A program made the position numbers and the translations under genes. Below are positions 12,665 to 25,205 of a DNA stretch of 64,000 nt, one piece after another (positions within the stretch are counted from its first letter, which is position 1; the number at the start of each line of letters is the position of its first letter). The DNA is from Camelus dromedarius (lineage: Eukaryota): positions 52,578,001-52,642,000 of the forward strand of contig NC_087447.1 of assembly GCF_036321535.1 (NCBI RefSeq), in the 5' to 3' direction. The notes beneath the pieces are model-generated. The model worked only from the letters and a program-made list of their open reading frames with translations, made no database searches and had not been told where the DNA came from.

Positions 12665-12850
12665 GCAGTACTCCTCACCATGATTTTAGAGCAACAGCAG
12701 CAGCATCACCTGGGAGCCTATCAGAAATGCAAATTCTGATGCTTTACCCAGACCTAATGATTCAGAAACTGGGATGAGGCTCAGCAATCTATTTTTTTTT
12801 ACAAGCCCTCCAGGTCATTCTGGTGCACAGTGAAATCTGAGAACTCATGG
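12665..12850. mobile_element. MER5A (hAT-Charlie MITE)
   Basis: 'cagcagcatcacctgggagc...agaaatgcaaattc...acaagccctccaggtcattctg...tgagaac'. Confidence 0.85.
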
Positions 12851-13824
12851 GCTACAGGAGACTTAGGAATAGACAGGCAGACTGGAAAGGATGAGATGGC
12901 CTTTAACAACCCTTCAGAGCCAAAGATACCAAGATTCAGGAGGACACTGACCTCTCCCTTTCCCCTTGTCTTTCAGAGGCCACGGCCACACAATTTCAGC
13001 TGACTTGTTTGACTTGTTTGAAGTTGGGAGAAAGCTGGCCAGACTCCCACGGCAGCTAGTGTCCCCTCAGGACATGCTATAGGAGCCCCATCAGTGCTGG
13101 AAATGGCTTTGGAGATTTAGTATCTGAACAAATCTGGTCCAGAGGGGGCAGGGGTCATCCAAGGTCACACATCAGAGTGATGCAGGCCAGGCCTTCTGGG
13201 TTTACTCTTCGTCACTGTGTGACCATGCTTGGGGTCCTAGAGGGATGTGGGCATCCGGCAAAACCACTGGAGGAAATTTTTATTTTCATCCCACTGCTCT
13301 CTGGCTCAGCTGGCACATGAATGCCTTGTAATTCCAGGCTGATCATTCTTGACAGAATGTTTCAAAGTCAAGGCCAGGCAGAAGAGGGCAAAGCTGTTGC
13401 TCCAGGCTCAAGCACAGCCTCTGAATTTTGTGCCTGTCAATGTAGTTTCTGTCCACATTGGAGGATTATCCTGCCTTGGAAATACCTCCACCCGGGGCAT
13501 TACAAGTGACTCGTGCTCTGGTCGCCCCAGCACTCAGAGTCACCCAGGAGAGACGCTTGTCAGACCAGGTTTAATCAGTCCTGGTAGGAAGTATGCTCGA
13601 AGGACGGGCACTATTACGCTCCACATAGCTTTCTGACTTTATGGGAGAAGGCGATCCTGCAGAGGGTCTGTAGGAAGAAGCCGTCCTTCTAACTGCTTTG
13701 GCAGAACACATCACTAGGGCTCAAGGACACAAGTAACTCCAGAAACCGGACGTCAGATGACACACAGAAAATGATCTTGACGGGAAGACATCTGGGAAGT
13801 TTGGGCCTAGATACTTGCTAGCCT

Positions 13825-13912
13825 ATAATCTTGTGGGTGGGGCTTCAAACTTGCATTTCTCACAGCAATGCTGATGCTGGTGGCCCAGAAACCACATTCT
13901 GAGAACCACAGG
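13825..13912. mobile_element. MER5-type fragment
   Basis: 'tgcatttct...tgctgatgctggtggcccagaaaccacattctgagaaccac'. Confidence 0.7.
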
Positions 13913-14189
13913 CAGAGTAACCTGCCTTGCTTTCCCCCTGGGGTTCTAGCACTGGCTCCTTTGGAAGACCCGTGTGCCAGGACAGGTTTGCCATCCGCGT
14001 GGTGTGCAGGGGCCTTATCTCTAAATCTCGGGTTTCCTGTCTATAACATGAGACTAACAACTACTGCCTGTAGCTCAGAGCGATGAGGCTCAAAGGGAGA
14101 AACCAGCAAGGCAAGAGTTCTAGACACTGTGAAGACCATTCAAATGCAAGGGGAAGCAAACACTTTGGGGGGGGGGGAGCACCTACCAT

Positions 14190-14650
14190 GAGTCAGAAGT
14201 CAGGATATTGACATGAATTAAGCAGAATTCCCACCCTTAGAGCACCCAGGGGTGCATGGGGAAGACAGATGAAGGAACCACTGATATAGCCGGTGCTGTA
14301 GCAGAGATCACAGTACGCTGAGAAGCAGGGATAAGGGACTAAGGGACAGGCATGTGGCTTGAGTTGGATTTTATCCTCAGGGCAAAGGGAAGCTTTTGTA
14401 GGGTTTAAAGGTGGAAAGCAGCCTGATCTTATTTGTTTTTTGGGAAGATTGTTGTGGGCTGGAGGACAGATCATCCACTGGGAGGGGCAAGGCCAGAAGC
14501 AGAGATGCAGGAAGACAGTGAGGAGGCTGCTGTGGGGGTGCAGGAGGGAGATCATGGAGAGAAGTGGACGCGTCTGGACCAGTCTGAGAGATTGGATGTG
14601 CAGACGAAGAAAGCAGCAGAATCAAGAGAGTGCCCAGGTTCCTGGTTCGC
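14190..14650 (-). mobile_element. L2 fragment
   Basis: 'ttggattttatcctcagggcaaagggaagc...gggtttaaag...tttttgggaagattgttgtgggctg...gaggaggctgctg'. Confidence 0.7.
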
Positions 14651-15394
14651 TGACTCAGGGTGGGGACTGGAGGAGTGGGTTGGGGTGGAGCTGATGAGCC
14701 TCTGCCTCCTGGCTGTGTCACGGCCATGAACAGACACCCTGTGCCAGGAGCCACTGCCACTCTGGCTGCCAGGTCTCCCCCACAGTGAGGAACTTTGCCT
14801 CATCCTCCCTCCCCACGCCCTGGCATTACTGTTCTCTGCTGCTCTGACATGCAGCTGTGTCCTTCCCTTCCACAGAGTCAGCACAGAAATGAACAACAGT
14901 AGCAATCAGTAAGCAATCATCTTTTCCCTTCTTTTCTTATACAATGCCTGGGTGTGCAGATAATGTTTGTGATTGTTGCAAAAATGATGGAATGAAAATT
15001 GGGGCTCCTGCCAAAGAAAAGGAAGGAAAAACCAATTTAAATAAACTCAAATGGTTCAGATCCAATTTGAGTCTTCCTAAACTGGGGCCTGCTAAGGTTC
15101 TCTGCCCTTCTGCCCTGCCTAGGGTGGGCAATGGCCTTGTGAGACCCTGCCAGGGCAGGACAGCACACAGCAGTGACCTCTGAAGGCTCTGGGAGTTGGT
15201 CCTACAGGGGGACTGTTCTAGCATCTGCTCTGAGCTCTGGGCATTAACAATGGGCAGCTCTCTGGACCTTTCACTCCCAGCTTAGCTCCCAGACAATGGA
15301 GACAGAGGACTAGAGGAAGACAGCAGACTGGAGGAGACCTGCAATGATAAGCTATCTCTATTGCTTTGTTCCAAGGAGAGCTGGCTGCATCCCT

Positions 15395-15583
15395 GACTCT
15401 GCTAAGGGCTTTACAAGCCTTTTGCTTTATTTAATCCTCCCTCACAACTGTCCTGGACAGTGGGTATGATTAATCCCATTTTACAGAGAAAGGAAATGGA
15501 GGGAAAAATTAATTATTGTCTCAGAGCTAGGAGACAACAAAACTGGGATTCTAGCCCTGACTGCTTGATTCAAAAGCCCATGA
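15395..15583 (-). mobile_element. MIR SINE (cut by L1MB insertion)
   Basis: 'tttaatcctcc...cccattttacagag...ctgggattc...caaaagccca'. Confidence 0.7.
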
Positions 15584-16289
15584 TTGTGAAATGAGATAAT
15601 CAAAAAGACAGATAATAATAAGTGTTGACGAGGGTGTGGAGAAATTGGGACTCTCACATATTGCTAGTGGGAACATAAAATGCTACAGGCACTTGGAAAC
15701 AGTCTGGCAGCTCCTTAAATGGTTACATGTAGATTTACCATATGATCTAAGAATTCCTTACCTAGGTATACACCCAAGAGAAAGAAAAACGTAGATCCAC
15801 AAAGAAATTTGTATATGAGTGCTCATAGCAGCATGATTCATAATAGTAAAAAAGTGAAAAGCAACCCAAATGTCTATTGACTGATGAATTGATAAATAAA
15901 CTGTGGTATAGCCATACAATGGAATTCATTCAACAATAAAAAGAAATGAAGTACTTTTTGTGTGTGCACAAAGTACACACTAAAACATTATGCTGAGTGC
16001 AAGAAGCGAGTTACAAAAGAGCCCAGATTGGATGATTACATTTACATGAAACGTTTAGAACAGGAAAATCCACAGAGACAGAGAGTAGATGAGCGGTTGC
16101 TTAGGGCGGGGGGTTCAGGAGAAATCTGGAGTGACTGTAGTAGGTATGGGTATTTGGGGGAGGAGGCGGAGATAAAAATGTTCTAAAATTGATGTTGGTG
16201 ATGGTTGCACAACTCTGTGCATATACTAAAAATTATTGAATCATATACTTTAAATGGGTGAATTGTCTAAACAAGGATATTATTTTTTT
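15584..16289 (+). mobile_element. L1MB-type 3' fragment (end of ORF2 plus 3' UTR)
   Basis: 'aatcaaaaagacagataataataagtgttgacgagggtgtggagaaattgg...ggtgatggttgcacaactctgtg...tttaaatgggtgaattgt'; probable TSD aaagcccatga (15573-15583) / aaagcccataa (16290-16300). Confidence 0.9.
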
Positions 16290-16524
16290 AAAGCCCATAA
16301 CTAAATATTTAAGAAGGATGAAAAAGAAAAGAACCATGATCCTTCTGAGTAAGAGCATCTAGAATTATTATTATTTTTTTCATTCATTCAACAAACCTTA
16401 AGCCCCTATTTTAAGTTAGGCACATATATCTGGGAACATGTGTCTAGAAGCTCCTGGTCTGGGTGGAAGAGATAGGATGTGGGCACCGATAATCATGATT
16501 CATGGAAGAAGAAGCCAAGGGAAT

Positions 16525-17150
16525 TTAAACGGGAGGATCCTATTTCACACCCACTGGGTTGGCAAAAATTAAAAAGTCTGACATTATCACACTGGCAAAG
16601 ATGCACAGCCCCAAATGTTCTGATACACTGTCTGAGGCAGAGTAAATAGATATAACTTGGAAACAAGTTTGGCACTGTTTAGTAGAACTAAAGATACACA
16701 TGCCCTTTGACCCAGCCATTCAAGTAGAACTAAGGATGCACATGCCCTGTGACTCAGACATTCCATGTGCCCTGAGGGTATCACCTGGATAAACTCCTGC
16801 ACATGGCTCAGCAGGACATGAACAAGTAGGTCCATTGCAGCAAAATTTATACCAGAAGACTGGGGATAGTCACGTCCATCAATGAGAGAAATAGCATAAT
16901 AAACTCTGCTATAGTCACCCAGTGGGCTATACACAGTAGGTAAATTCAAACCAAATAAATGTATACAAAGTTTAAAAATATACCAAACAATACTACATTA
17001 CTTATTCCTACATACATATGTAGTAAAAGTCTAAAAACAGGTGTGGAAATGAGCAGTTCTAAATTCTGGATACTCGCTGCTTCTCAGGAAGGAGAGGAAT
17101 GAGAATGGGGTGCACACTGGGGTCTTCAACTGTATCTCTACTATTTCTTT
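16525..17150 (+). mobile_element. L1ME-type 3' fragment (resumes at about 18015-18100)
   Basis: 'tttcacacccactgggttggcaaaaattaaaaagtctgaca...gtcttcaactgtatct'. Confidence 0.75.
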
Positions 17151-17169
17151 TTAGAACTGATTTGCAAAA

Positions 17170-17765
17170 TCTTTTATTTTTTTAAGTGAAACTTTTATTG
17201 AGGTAATTGCAGATTCACAAGCAGTTGTAAGAAACAGTACAGAGATCCCTTATATATGTTGCCCAGTTTCCACAATGGTAACATTTTGCAAAGGCACTAA
17301 CGTACTGTCACAGCCAGGAGACTGATATTGATACAATCCACCAGTCTCATTCAGATTTCCCCAGTGTTACTTGTATTCATGTGTGTGTGTGCAGAGGGGT
17401 GTATCCACCGTCACAGTCAGGACACTAAGAGAGCTCCTTCGCTGCAAGGATCTCTGTGTTGCTCCTCCACAAGCCCCGCCCCTCCCCTCCGACACCTCGC
17501 CCTGTTCCTAAACCCTGTCAACCACCAGCCTGACCTCCACTTTCAAATTTCGGTCACTTTGAAAATGTTCTATCAATGGGATCATATAGTATGTAATGAT
17601 TTGGGATTGGCTTTTTTTTTTTTTTTTTTTTTGGCACAGCGTGATTCCCTAGAAACCCAACCAAGTCGCTGCAGGTGTCACTAGCCCCTTCCTTTCCACA
17701 ACGTGTTTCACCCTTCACTTTGTGAAGGACGTCTGGACTCATCCCAGTGTATGGCTATGACAATG
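17170..17765 (-). mobile_element. L1MB-type 3' end
   Basis: 'ttattgaggtaattgcagattcacaagcagttgtaagaaacagtacagagatccc...atggtaacattttgcaaa'. Confidence 0.85.
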
Positions 17766-17779
17766 CCTATAGTGTTTTT

Positions 17780-18013
17780 GTTTGTTTTTTAATTTAAAAA
17801 ATTTTTTGTATCATTTTATTTATATTTTTTTAATTAAAGTATAATTGATTTACAATGTTGTGTTAGTTCCTGGTGTCCAGCACAGTGATTCATATATATA
17901 TATATATATTTTTTTTTTCATATTCTTTTTCATTATAGGCCATTACAAGGTACTGGATATAGTTCCCTGTGCTATACAGTAGGACCTTGTAGTTTATCTA
18001 TTTTCTATATAGT
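17780..18013 (-). mobile_element. Cetartiodactyl L1 3' end with (TA)n
   Basis: 'aagtataattgatttacaatgttgtgttagtt...atatagttccctgtgctatacagtaggaccttgt'. Confidence 0.9.
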
Positions 18014-19149
18014 AATATCCCTGTAATGTTTAATTCTTCAATTGGGAGGTAGTTATTTGGATTTTCACTATACTATTTATTCTACTTTTTGATGCAAAGA
18101 ATATTTGAAAGAAGGGAAGAGAGGAAGAAAGAGATACTACTAATGCTGGCCCAGCCTTGTGCAGAAGAGAGGGCAGCCCAGAGGGCAGGGCTCAGGGGGA
18201 CGACTGGGGCCAAGGCTCTGGGTCCCCCGCAGACCTAGTGTTCAGAAAGTGGGACCTGGACACCTACCTGCTCTGAGGTCCTAAGCCTCACATGGACACA
18301 AGGAAGCCTGTCCACGTCCTTCACTCTCTGGGCCAAGTGTCTAGAGAAATCCCCTCTCTGGTCACAGAGCCCCTTCCCTGGCCCTAGTGAGCAGCTGGGC
18401 TGCCCCCACATGGGAAAATCACACAAAGAGCAGAAGAAGTGGTGGTAGTGCTCAAGGGAGACAGAATGAAGTCCGGTATCTCCTGGAGGCCCTTGAGAAA
18501 AATCCAGAATTGCAGCAAAGTGGCTGCCTGAACAGTGAACAGTGTTGGACTAGAGAAAGCCAGCTGGAAGGAACAGGAAACGCTGGGAACTTTCCTCTCA
18601 CTTGAGGTTAAAGCTGTTTGGGGATTCTCTTTCAGTGGGTGGATAATGAGGCCCTGATCCTATCTGTTACTGCCAGGTGCAGGGAGACAGGTGTAGCCCT
18701 GGCTTCCTGATGCCGCCTACACCCCTGCCCAGGGAGCTTGTACCTGCTTCCGAAATCCCTGTAAACACCAGTTATGACTTTCTTAGTCTTGGGCAGAAGG
18801 TGGGGCAGTGACAGATTCATGCAGCAAACATCCCCAGGGGGCTGTCAGGTGCTCAGGCACCCTGCCCTCAGGAGGCCCCAGCTAGGACACCCAGAAATGA
18901 CCCCTGTCCCCAGAGAACTCCAACATGCTGAGAAGCCCACTGGGGCTCTGTGGCTGCTCACCATGGGGGAGAGGCTGGATCAAGACTCCTGCCTAGGTCA
19001 GAGCGAGCTGCCACAGAGCTCCCCTTCCAGGTGGGCCTGGGTGAGTGAGGAGGGCTCTGACAGGCTCAAAGTATCCAAAGGGCTCCCCAGTCCATGGAAA
19101 GAACATGTGCAAAGGCCCAGGGGCTACAAAGTACTCTGATTACAGCTAC

Positions 19150-19365
19150 TACCACTGCTGCTAATAATAATATCACAACTCACACTGACTGAGGACTCTC
19201 CAGGCCAGGTGCTGTGCCAACAGCTTTATGTGTAACATCTCACTTGATCCTAACAACCAACACAACAAATTACTACCGTGTCAGTTTTACACTTGGCGTT
19301 ACAGAGGCACAGGTGACACACCTTGGAAGGAGGAGAGTCGGGATTTGAACCCAGAGTGCGAGTTC
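19150..19365 (-). mobile_element. MIR SINE
   Basis: 'ccaggtgctgtgccaacagcttt...atctcacttgatcct...gggatttgaaccca'. Confidence 0.7.
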
Positions 19366-20849
19366 CTTGCTGTTTATGATAAACTCTTCTGAGAAAAGGG
19401 ACACTCCAGGGCCCTCTAGGATGAGAAGTCTGGGATTCGTCTGGAGGACAAGGGGAAGCCAGAGCGAATCACTAAGGAGAAAGGGTTACAAGCAGACCTC
19501 TGTTTTGGGGATGCTATCTGGGAGGCCTCCCTAAGCTTCCTCCTCTACACCTCTGAAGGCTCAACTCCTTGCTTTTATTGCTTGTGTGGTGAGCCTTTTC
19601 CCTATTTTGCATGTTAGTTTGTTGGCAAGATAATAGTAAGCTTGTTTTGGACAATAAGGCAACACCTCTTTCTGTAATTTCAGGCATCTGGTGAGGATGC
19701 TAAACCAGCACAAGAAGCATCCTCTCTCCAGAGGGTTCCAGACCCACCAAACCCACATCCACTCCGTCTCCCCACTCTAAGCCTCCACTAGGCATGGCTG
19801 GATCAGAACACACCCCACAGCCTCCAAGATGACACACAAGCACAGTGAAACCCCCGGTCAGTATTTTTCCAAACCTGGATGCTGTGCTCCTATTTTGCCC
19901 ACTGCTCTGCGCCCAGTGTCTGTCCAGGGCTTCTTTCCATCTCTGAGACATCCCCACACGACAGAGGGGAAGGTCGCAGCCTTTGTGATTAGTGGGTTCC
20001 AGTTCAAGCCCTTGCTCTGCCACTTACCACCTGCTTGAGCTGCAGGTTTCCTCCTCTGTGGGGTTAGGTGGGAAGGAGGTTGGGTAAGGAGATGTCAGAG
20101 GTCCTCCAGCCTGGCCACCCCTTCAGGAGAACCCAGAGTGCCCATGGCTGAGCATGCCCTCACCCCCCAGCAACCCCCACCGCTGCAAAGGCTATTGTAC
20201 AGATGAACCACACAGACATACAGGATGATCCTGGCCAACCGCAACGTGCTTTACAGAGGGAGAGAATATCTCATTATTTCATAGCCTCGCTTATCTCCGG
20301 TACCTCCCAACTCCCTGTCTTTCTTGTGCATGTGTGTGTGTGTGTGTTTCCTTAGGTGGCGGGGAGGAGAGTGAGAAGAGGGGAGCCCAGGGCTGGAGAA
20401 GCTGGGGGAGATGTGGAGAATTTCTCCAGACCACGTTTGGATTTGCTCGGCCCATGTCCTGACATGTTCTGAGCAGAGATAATGAACCCGCTCAGACACT
20501 GTTCATCAGTGCGGAAGACAAGCCTTATGGGGAAACAGAGCAGGTGCCAGGAGGAAGGCCCCTCTGCCTGGCTCCTTGGGGCACAGCCCCGCTCCCTGCT
20601 TTGCAGGCTTGGTCTGTGTGTCAGTGATGGGGAGGCGGCCACACTCCAGTCACACCTGACGTGGACAGGCCTTGACGGGAATCGGGGTAGCGGAGGTGCT
20701 GGGAAGATGGGGGGAGGGGGGAGGGGGAGCAACCAGGCCCACTGCTGGAAAGGAAGCTCTCCCTCCCTTCCTCCTGCCAAGCCCTGGTTTCCAGAAGTGC
20801 ACCAGCCTCTGGCCATGTCCTCTGGAAGATCCAGTAACGGCCGAGTGGC

Positions 20850-21085
20850 CATGAGCCCAGGGTTGGAAGTCGAGCGGGTGAGTGGCTGCTGGCTCTAGCT
20901 CTGCAACTCAGTTGTCTGGGGCAACGTGCTACTTCTCAGCCTCAGTTTCCTCATCTATAAAAGGGGGATGATGAGGAGGAGGATGACGAAGAAGAAAATA
21001 GTAGTTGAGTTGCTGTGAGGGTTAAGTGAGATAAAGCAGTAAAACACGCAGTGCATTATTTAATAATGATGCTAGTTATCATTAC
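20850..21085 (+). mobile_element. MIR SINE
   Basis: 'agcctcagtttcctcatctataaa...gttgctgtgagggttaagtgagataa'. Confidence 0.8.
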
Positions 21086-21779
21086 TGGGGGGAGGGGAGA
21101 AAGTTACTTACTCATTCAACATATTTGGAATGAGGGCCTGTTATGTGCCAGGCATTATTCAGGTAACTACTCTCCGCAGGCCCTCGCTGGGGCACTGATG
21201 AGGGTGCCGACAGAGAATGCAGACAGAATCTCGGGGTAACCAAGAAGGGCCCTCCAACCTCCCCAGACTTCTCCTGCTGTTCTTCCTCCGTCTTTCCATG
21301 GATTACTCCCTTCTCCTCACACCCCACCTGGCCAGTCCTGGGTCAACAGTTTCTTCCCAAAATGGTGATACAGAAGTCAGGAGCTCGAGCTGAGCCCCCA
21401 AAGTAACCAACACCCACCCCGGGGAAAACCTCAGACTCTCTCCCTGAAAAGATAATCACCCGTAAGCTCTAACTCCACCTGGATATCTCAGCGTCCTTGA
21501 TATTATTTGGCTCCAAACTGGTTGAATATTAATTGTGTCTCTGAAGGAAGAACCAGGAAACGTTGTCTTTGATAACTCATGTGGATCACGGACCCCTCTC
21601 TTAGATAATTCCAAGAGCTTGTGGGACACTGCACATTCACGTGGTCCCAGAGTGGGGGTTCTCCAGTGCAGGCTGTTCATGGCCTGCAGTTAAGAAAACT
21701 CCCTCAACGCGTCTCATCTGCTCTGGGCCCTCTCTTGAACCCATGTGTGTGTGGCTGGATGGTGGCAGGGAACTCACGC

Positions 21780-22000
21780 TGAGTAACATTTATTATGAGT
21801 ACCTACTAAGTGCCAGGAGACTGACGTGTATAATTTCATTCAATCCTCTGGACAACCTTGTGAGGGGAGCTGTTCTTATCCCATTTTGCAGATAAGGAAA
21901 CTGAGGCACACAGAGAGCTATTAATTTGTCCAAGATTATACAGTTTGTTATATGATGCTGCTGACTTTAGACAGGTGTATCTGGCTCCAACGCTACTGCT
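21780..22000 (-). mobile_element. MIR SINE
   Basis: 'tatcccattttgcagataaggaaactgaggcacacagag'. Confidence 0.85.
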
Positions 22001-22013
22001 GATTCAGTTACAC

Positions 22014-22296
22014 CAGTGGTTCTCGGTGTTTTTTTCATTATAATCCTTTCCACCAAACTCCCACCCCACTCCCCCACCCCAGCTGCTAAAGAGACTTTAC
22101 AAACATTTTTTTCCCTCCAGATCTCCCCTACTTCCTATGAAGTTTTAATATCACACATATACTGTAGGTCTGTTTATGTACTGGACTCTTTGGAGGCCAC
22201 AAACCATTGTAATAACTAAGATTTTTTTTCACCTCTAACCCCCCAGAACCAGTTTTGTCCCCTTGGGGATGATGGTACCCCTGTTAAGGATGCATA
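22014..22296. mobile_element. hAT-Charlie MITE (MER112-like)
   Basis: Starts 'cagtggttctc'; internal 'tttaatatcacacatatactgta...ctgtttatgtact'; ends 'ccctgttaaggatgcata'; 8-bp TSD agttacac/agctacac. Confidence 0.75.
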
Positions 22297-23029
22297 AGCT
22301 ACACCGGTGATTCTCAAAGTGTTGGCCCCCGAGTGGACAAGAGCACTGTCTACCCACAAACCAAGACTGAGAAGGAAAATCAGCTGGACCATCTCGTCTC
22401 AAGCGGAGCATTCGTTTTCTTTTGAGGGACTGGTGAGTCCTGGCCTTTTGTTCCCAGATTTGTTATCTGTTCCTTAGATTTTAGATTCACTTGCCACTTC
22501 CTGTGACAGCCTGCCTAGACATCTCTACCTGAGGCTTGGAGAGCCCCCTTCCACCTACAGTCTCATTATACCAAAGTGGTGATCAGACTCAGTGGTCACT
22601 GTCCATGTAAATGGCCCCGTACACAGGAGGAAGGACTGTGGCTGATCCGCCTGCCTCCCAAGGCTAACAGGGGTGCAGCATGGAGCAGGCGCTCAGTAAA
22701 TGTGGAGAGAGTAAACCGACGGGCAAATGAATGTAAGCTTGTCATGCTCCCTCGGCTGCGCTTGGCTAAAGCTCCAGCAAGGACCACGTCGGGGACAGCT
22801 GGATCACCCCAAAACCATGCAGGTCAGCCCTCAGGATGTGGCACCTTCCAGACACCTGTCACAAAACCAGAGTTTTCATTCGACAACATCTATAGGTAAT
22901 GGACTTGGTCAAGGGCTCTGTGGGGCTGGGATGAGCACAGGGTGACATCTATGACGAGTGCGTGATGGAGAGGACACTGAGAGATGAGCTTGGCCTGTGA
23001 CAGGGAAACTGCCCCTCGGATGTCTTGGC

Positions 23030-24065
23030 ATCTTTGTGGACTCTGGAGCAAAAATACAATAAACCTGCAGCAACCAGGGAAACCCTAGCTGCTGAGCCCA
23101 TGTTCACACCAAAAAAAAGACGGTGATGACCAATTTCAACACCTACCCGGCAATATGGCTGCCTGCTCACGCTAAGGAATTCCCCTAATGCAGGACACGG
23201 GAAAATATCAGGTTAGACTAACACACAAACAATTAAAAAAATAGAGTTTACCTGTCAAGAAACAGAAGAAAATCCTCAGAGGTCAAAATGACCACAAAAA
23301 TCCCAAGAGGTTCCCAAGCACTGAGTAGGGGGCAGTACTGGGGTATCTGCCACTCCCTGACAGCCCGGAACTTTTAGTGTTAAAGGGCCAAGGACAGAAG
23401 CAAGGTCAAACTCCTTCAAAAGGTAGAAGTCAGACTGAGACCTCACTTAAGGCTAGGACTTAAAAAGGAGGCATTTACGCCTTAGTGAATAGGTGAATCA
23501 GAAAAATGAAATCCCACCCCACTGAAGGAGCCGGTGAGCAAATGTGGCCGTGGGGCTGGGTGAAGGGAAATGAGGAAAATGTAAAATTCTCCTCTGAAAG
23601 TGCCCAGTCACAAAACGGTCCCCACCTGGGGCTGGCCCCTGGCTGCCTATTACCTTGTGGCTGGAAAAAATACCTTAAGTCCAAGCTGAGCATTGAATTC
23701 AAAGCGACCCCAAGTTGGTGGTTCCTCCAGGCAGAAGCAAATGCAGATCCTTTCTGGAGCACCACATTGTCAGCTCAAGCCTCAAAGAAGCCTCACAGAG
23801 TTTTAACAATCACGCACCCATGATCTGAAAAATCACTGAACACGTGAGGAAGTAAGCCACTGCAAGCAAGAGGCAGCAAAAATAGTGAACAAAAGAATCA
23901 GAGCTATACTACAGGTGCTGAAATGACCAGATTCAGAAAATAAAATAAATAGGTATAGCACTAAAGAAATATGTAAGGATAGTCAAAGGAGAAACAAAGA
24001 ATAGATTCTCAAAAATGTTAAAACAGGTCGAAAGATAACCAACTAAAACTTTGAGAAATAAGACT
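23030..24065 (+). mobile_element. Old L1ME/HAL1 5' UTR-ORF1 remnant
   Basis: A-rich 'aaaatcactgaacacgtgaggaagtaagccac...ccagattcagaaaataaaataaat...aaccaactaaaactttgagaaata' resembles the L1M/HAL1 ORF1 start; 5' boundary uncertain. Confidence 0.55.
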
Positions 24066-24109
24066 GATGCATGGGCTTCTTCAGGCTGTTCTAAATACAG
24101 CATGCAGTA

Positions 24110-24500
24110 TCAGAATAAACCTTGGCATGGGAATCAGAAAACTAAAATGCTGTGTGTCTCAGGCCAGTCACTGCCTGTCTCTGGGCCTCAGTGTCCTCAT
24201 CTGCAAATTAAAATGTGGAACTAGGTCACCTCATAAGTCTAACTCTGCCAATTAATATTCTATAATAGAGCAGATCACAGCTTTGAGGCACCTGTTTTCT
24301 TGGGCTACCCCTAATGGTAAGCATCTTACATGATGTTAAATCCTTACAGTAGCCCACTGACTCTTATTATAACCATTTAATGTAGCAGGAAACTGAAGCA
24401 GAGATTATGTAACTTACTCAGAGCCCAGAGCTGGTGAGCCAGCCTTGGACTCCATCGGTCTGATTCTGGAGTCCGCTCTCTTCCACTCTTTACCCTTCTA
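24110..24500. mobile_element. Two MIR fragments (plus about 24110-24240, minus about 24310-24500)
   Basis: 'ctctgggcctcagtgtcctcatctgcaaa'; 'ggaaactgaagcagagattatgtaacttactca'. Confidence 0.65.
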
Positions 24501-25019
24501 ACATGCCTGACTCCTGACCCTGGAATTCCACCTCCAGCATTCCCTGACCTACCAGGGGTCTCCCACAGCAAGGGGGCAGCTCACTGGCTAGCACAGGCTG
24601 TTCACAGCAACCAGGATACCAATTCCAGTGGTTTGGCAAGAACATCGTGGTGTTAATTACCAATAACCAAATATTATGAAGTCCATCCTGTGAGCAAGGC
24701 TTGTGCTTACTGTCGACAAGAGGGATTTATGACAGAGCAGCCAACGGTGACAGATGGCTGGGGCTGACCTTCTGGACACCCACTTTTGGAAAACGTTTCA
24801 TTCTGAAAGCACTTCTCTGTGCCTTGATTTACTCACGTCACTTGTGCACTGGGGATGGTGACAGAACCTGAGATTCCCGGGGTATGGCTGGGATTCAGCG
24901 AGCTGATACAAGCCAGGCGTGTTGTGAGCACGCCGGAAACAATAGTTCTCCCTGCCGTTGTTCTCCTTACTAATTTCAACCCGGTGGGAAGAAGCTGGGC
25001 TTGGCAGTGGATGACCCTG

Positions 25020-25205
25020 ACTCAATTCCAGCCTCCCCCACTTCCCAGCTGTGTGACTTAAAGTCAGTGACCCTTTCTGAGGCTCCATGGCCCCATCTGT
25101 GAATCAGAAATAACAATGCTTACCTCACGGGTAGTTGTGAGGGTTAAATGGACTGTGAAATGCCTAGCGCCGTGGTTGACATATAATAGGCACTCAACAA
25201 ATGTC
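25020..25205 (+). mobile_element. MIR SINE
   Basis: 'cagctgtgtgactt...catctgtgaa...tacctcacgggtagttgtgagggttaaatg...taggcactcaacaaatgt'. Confidence 0.8.
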
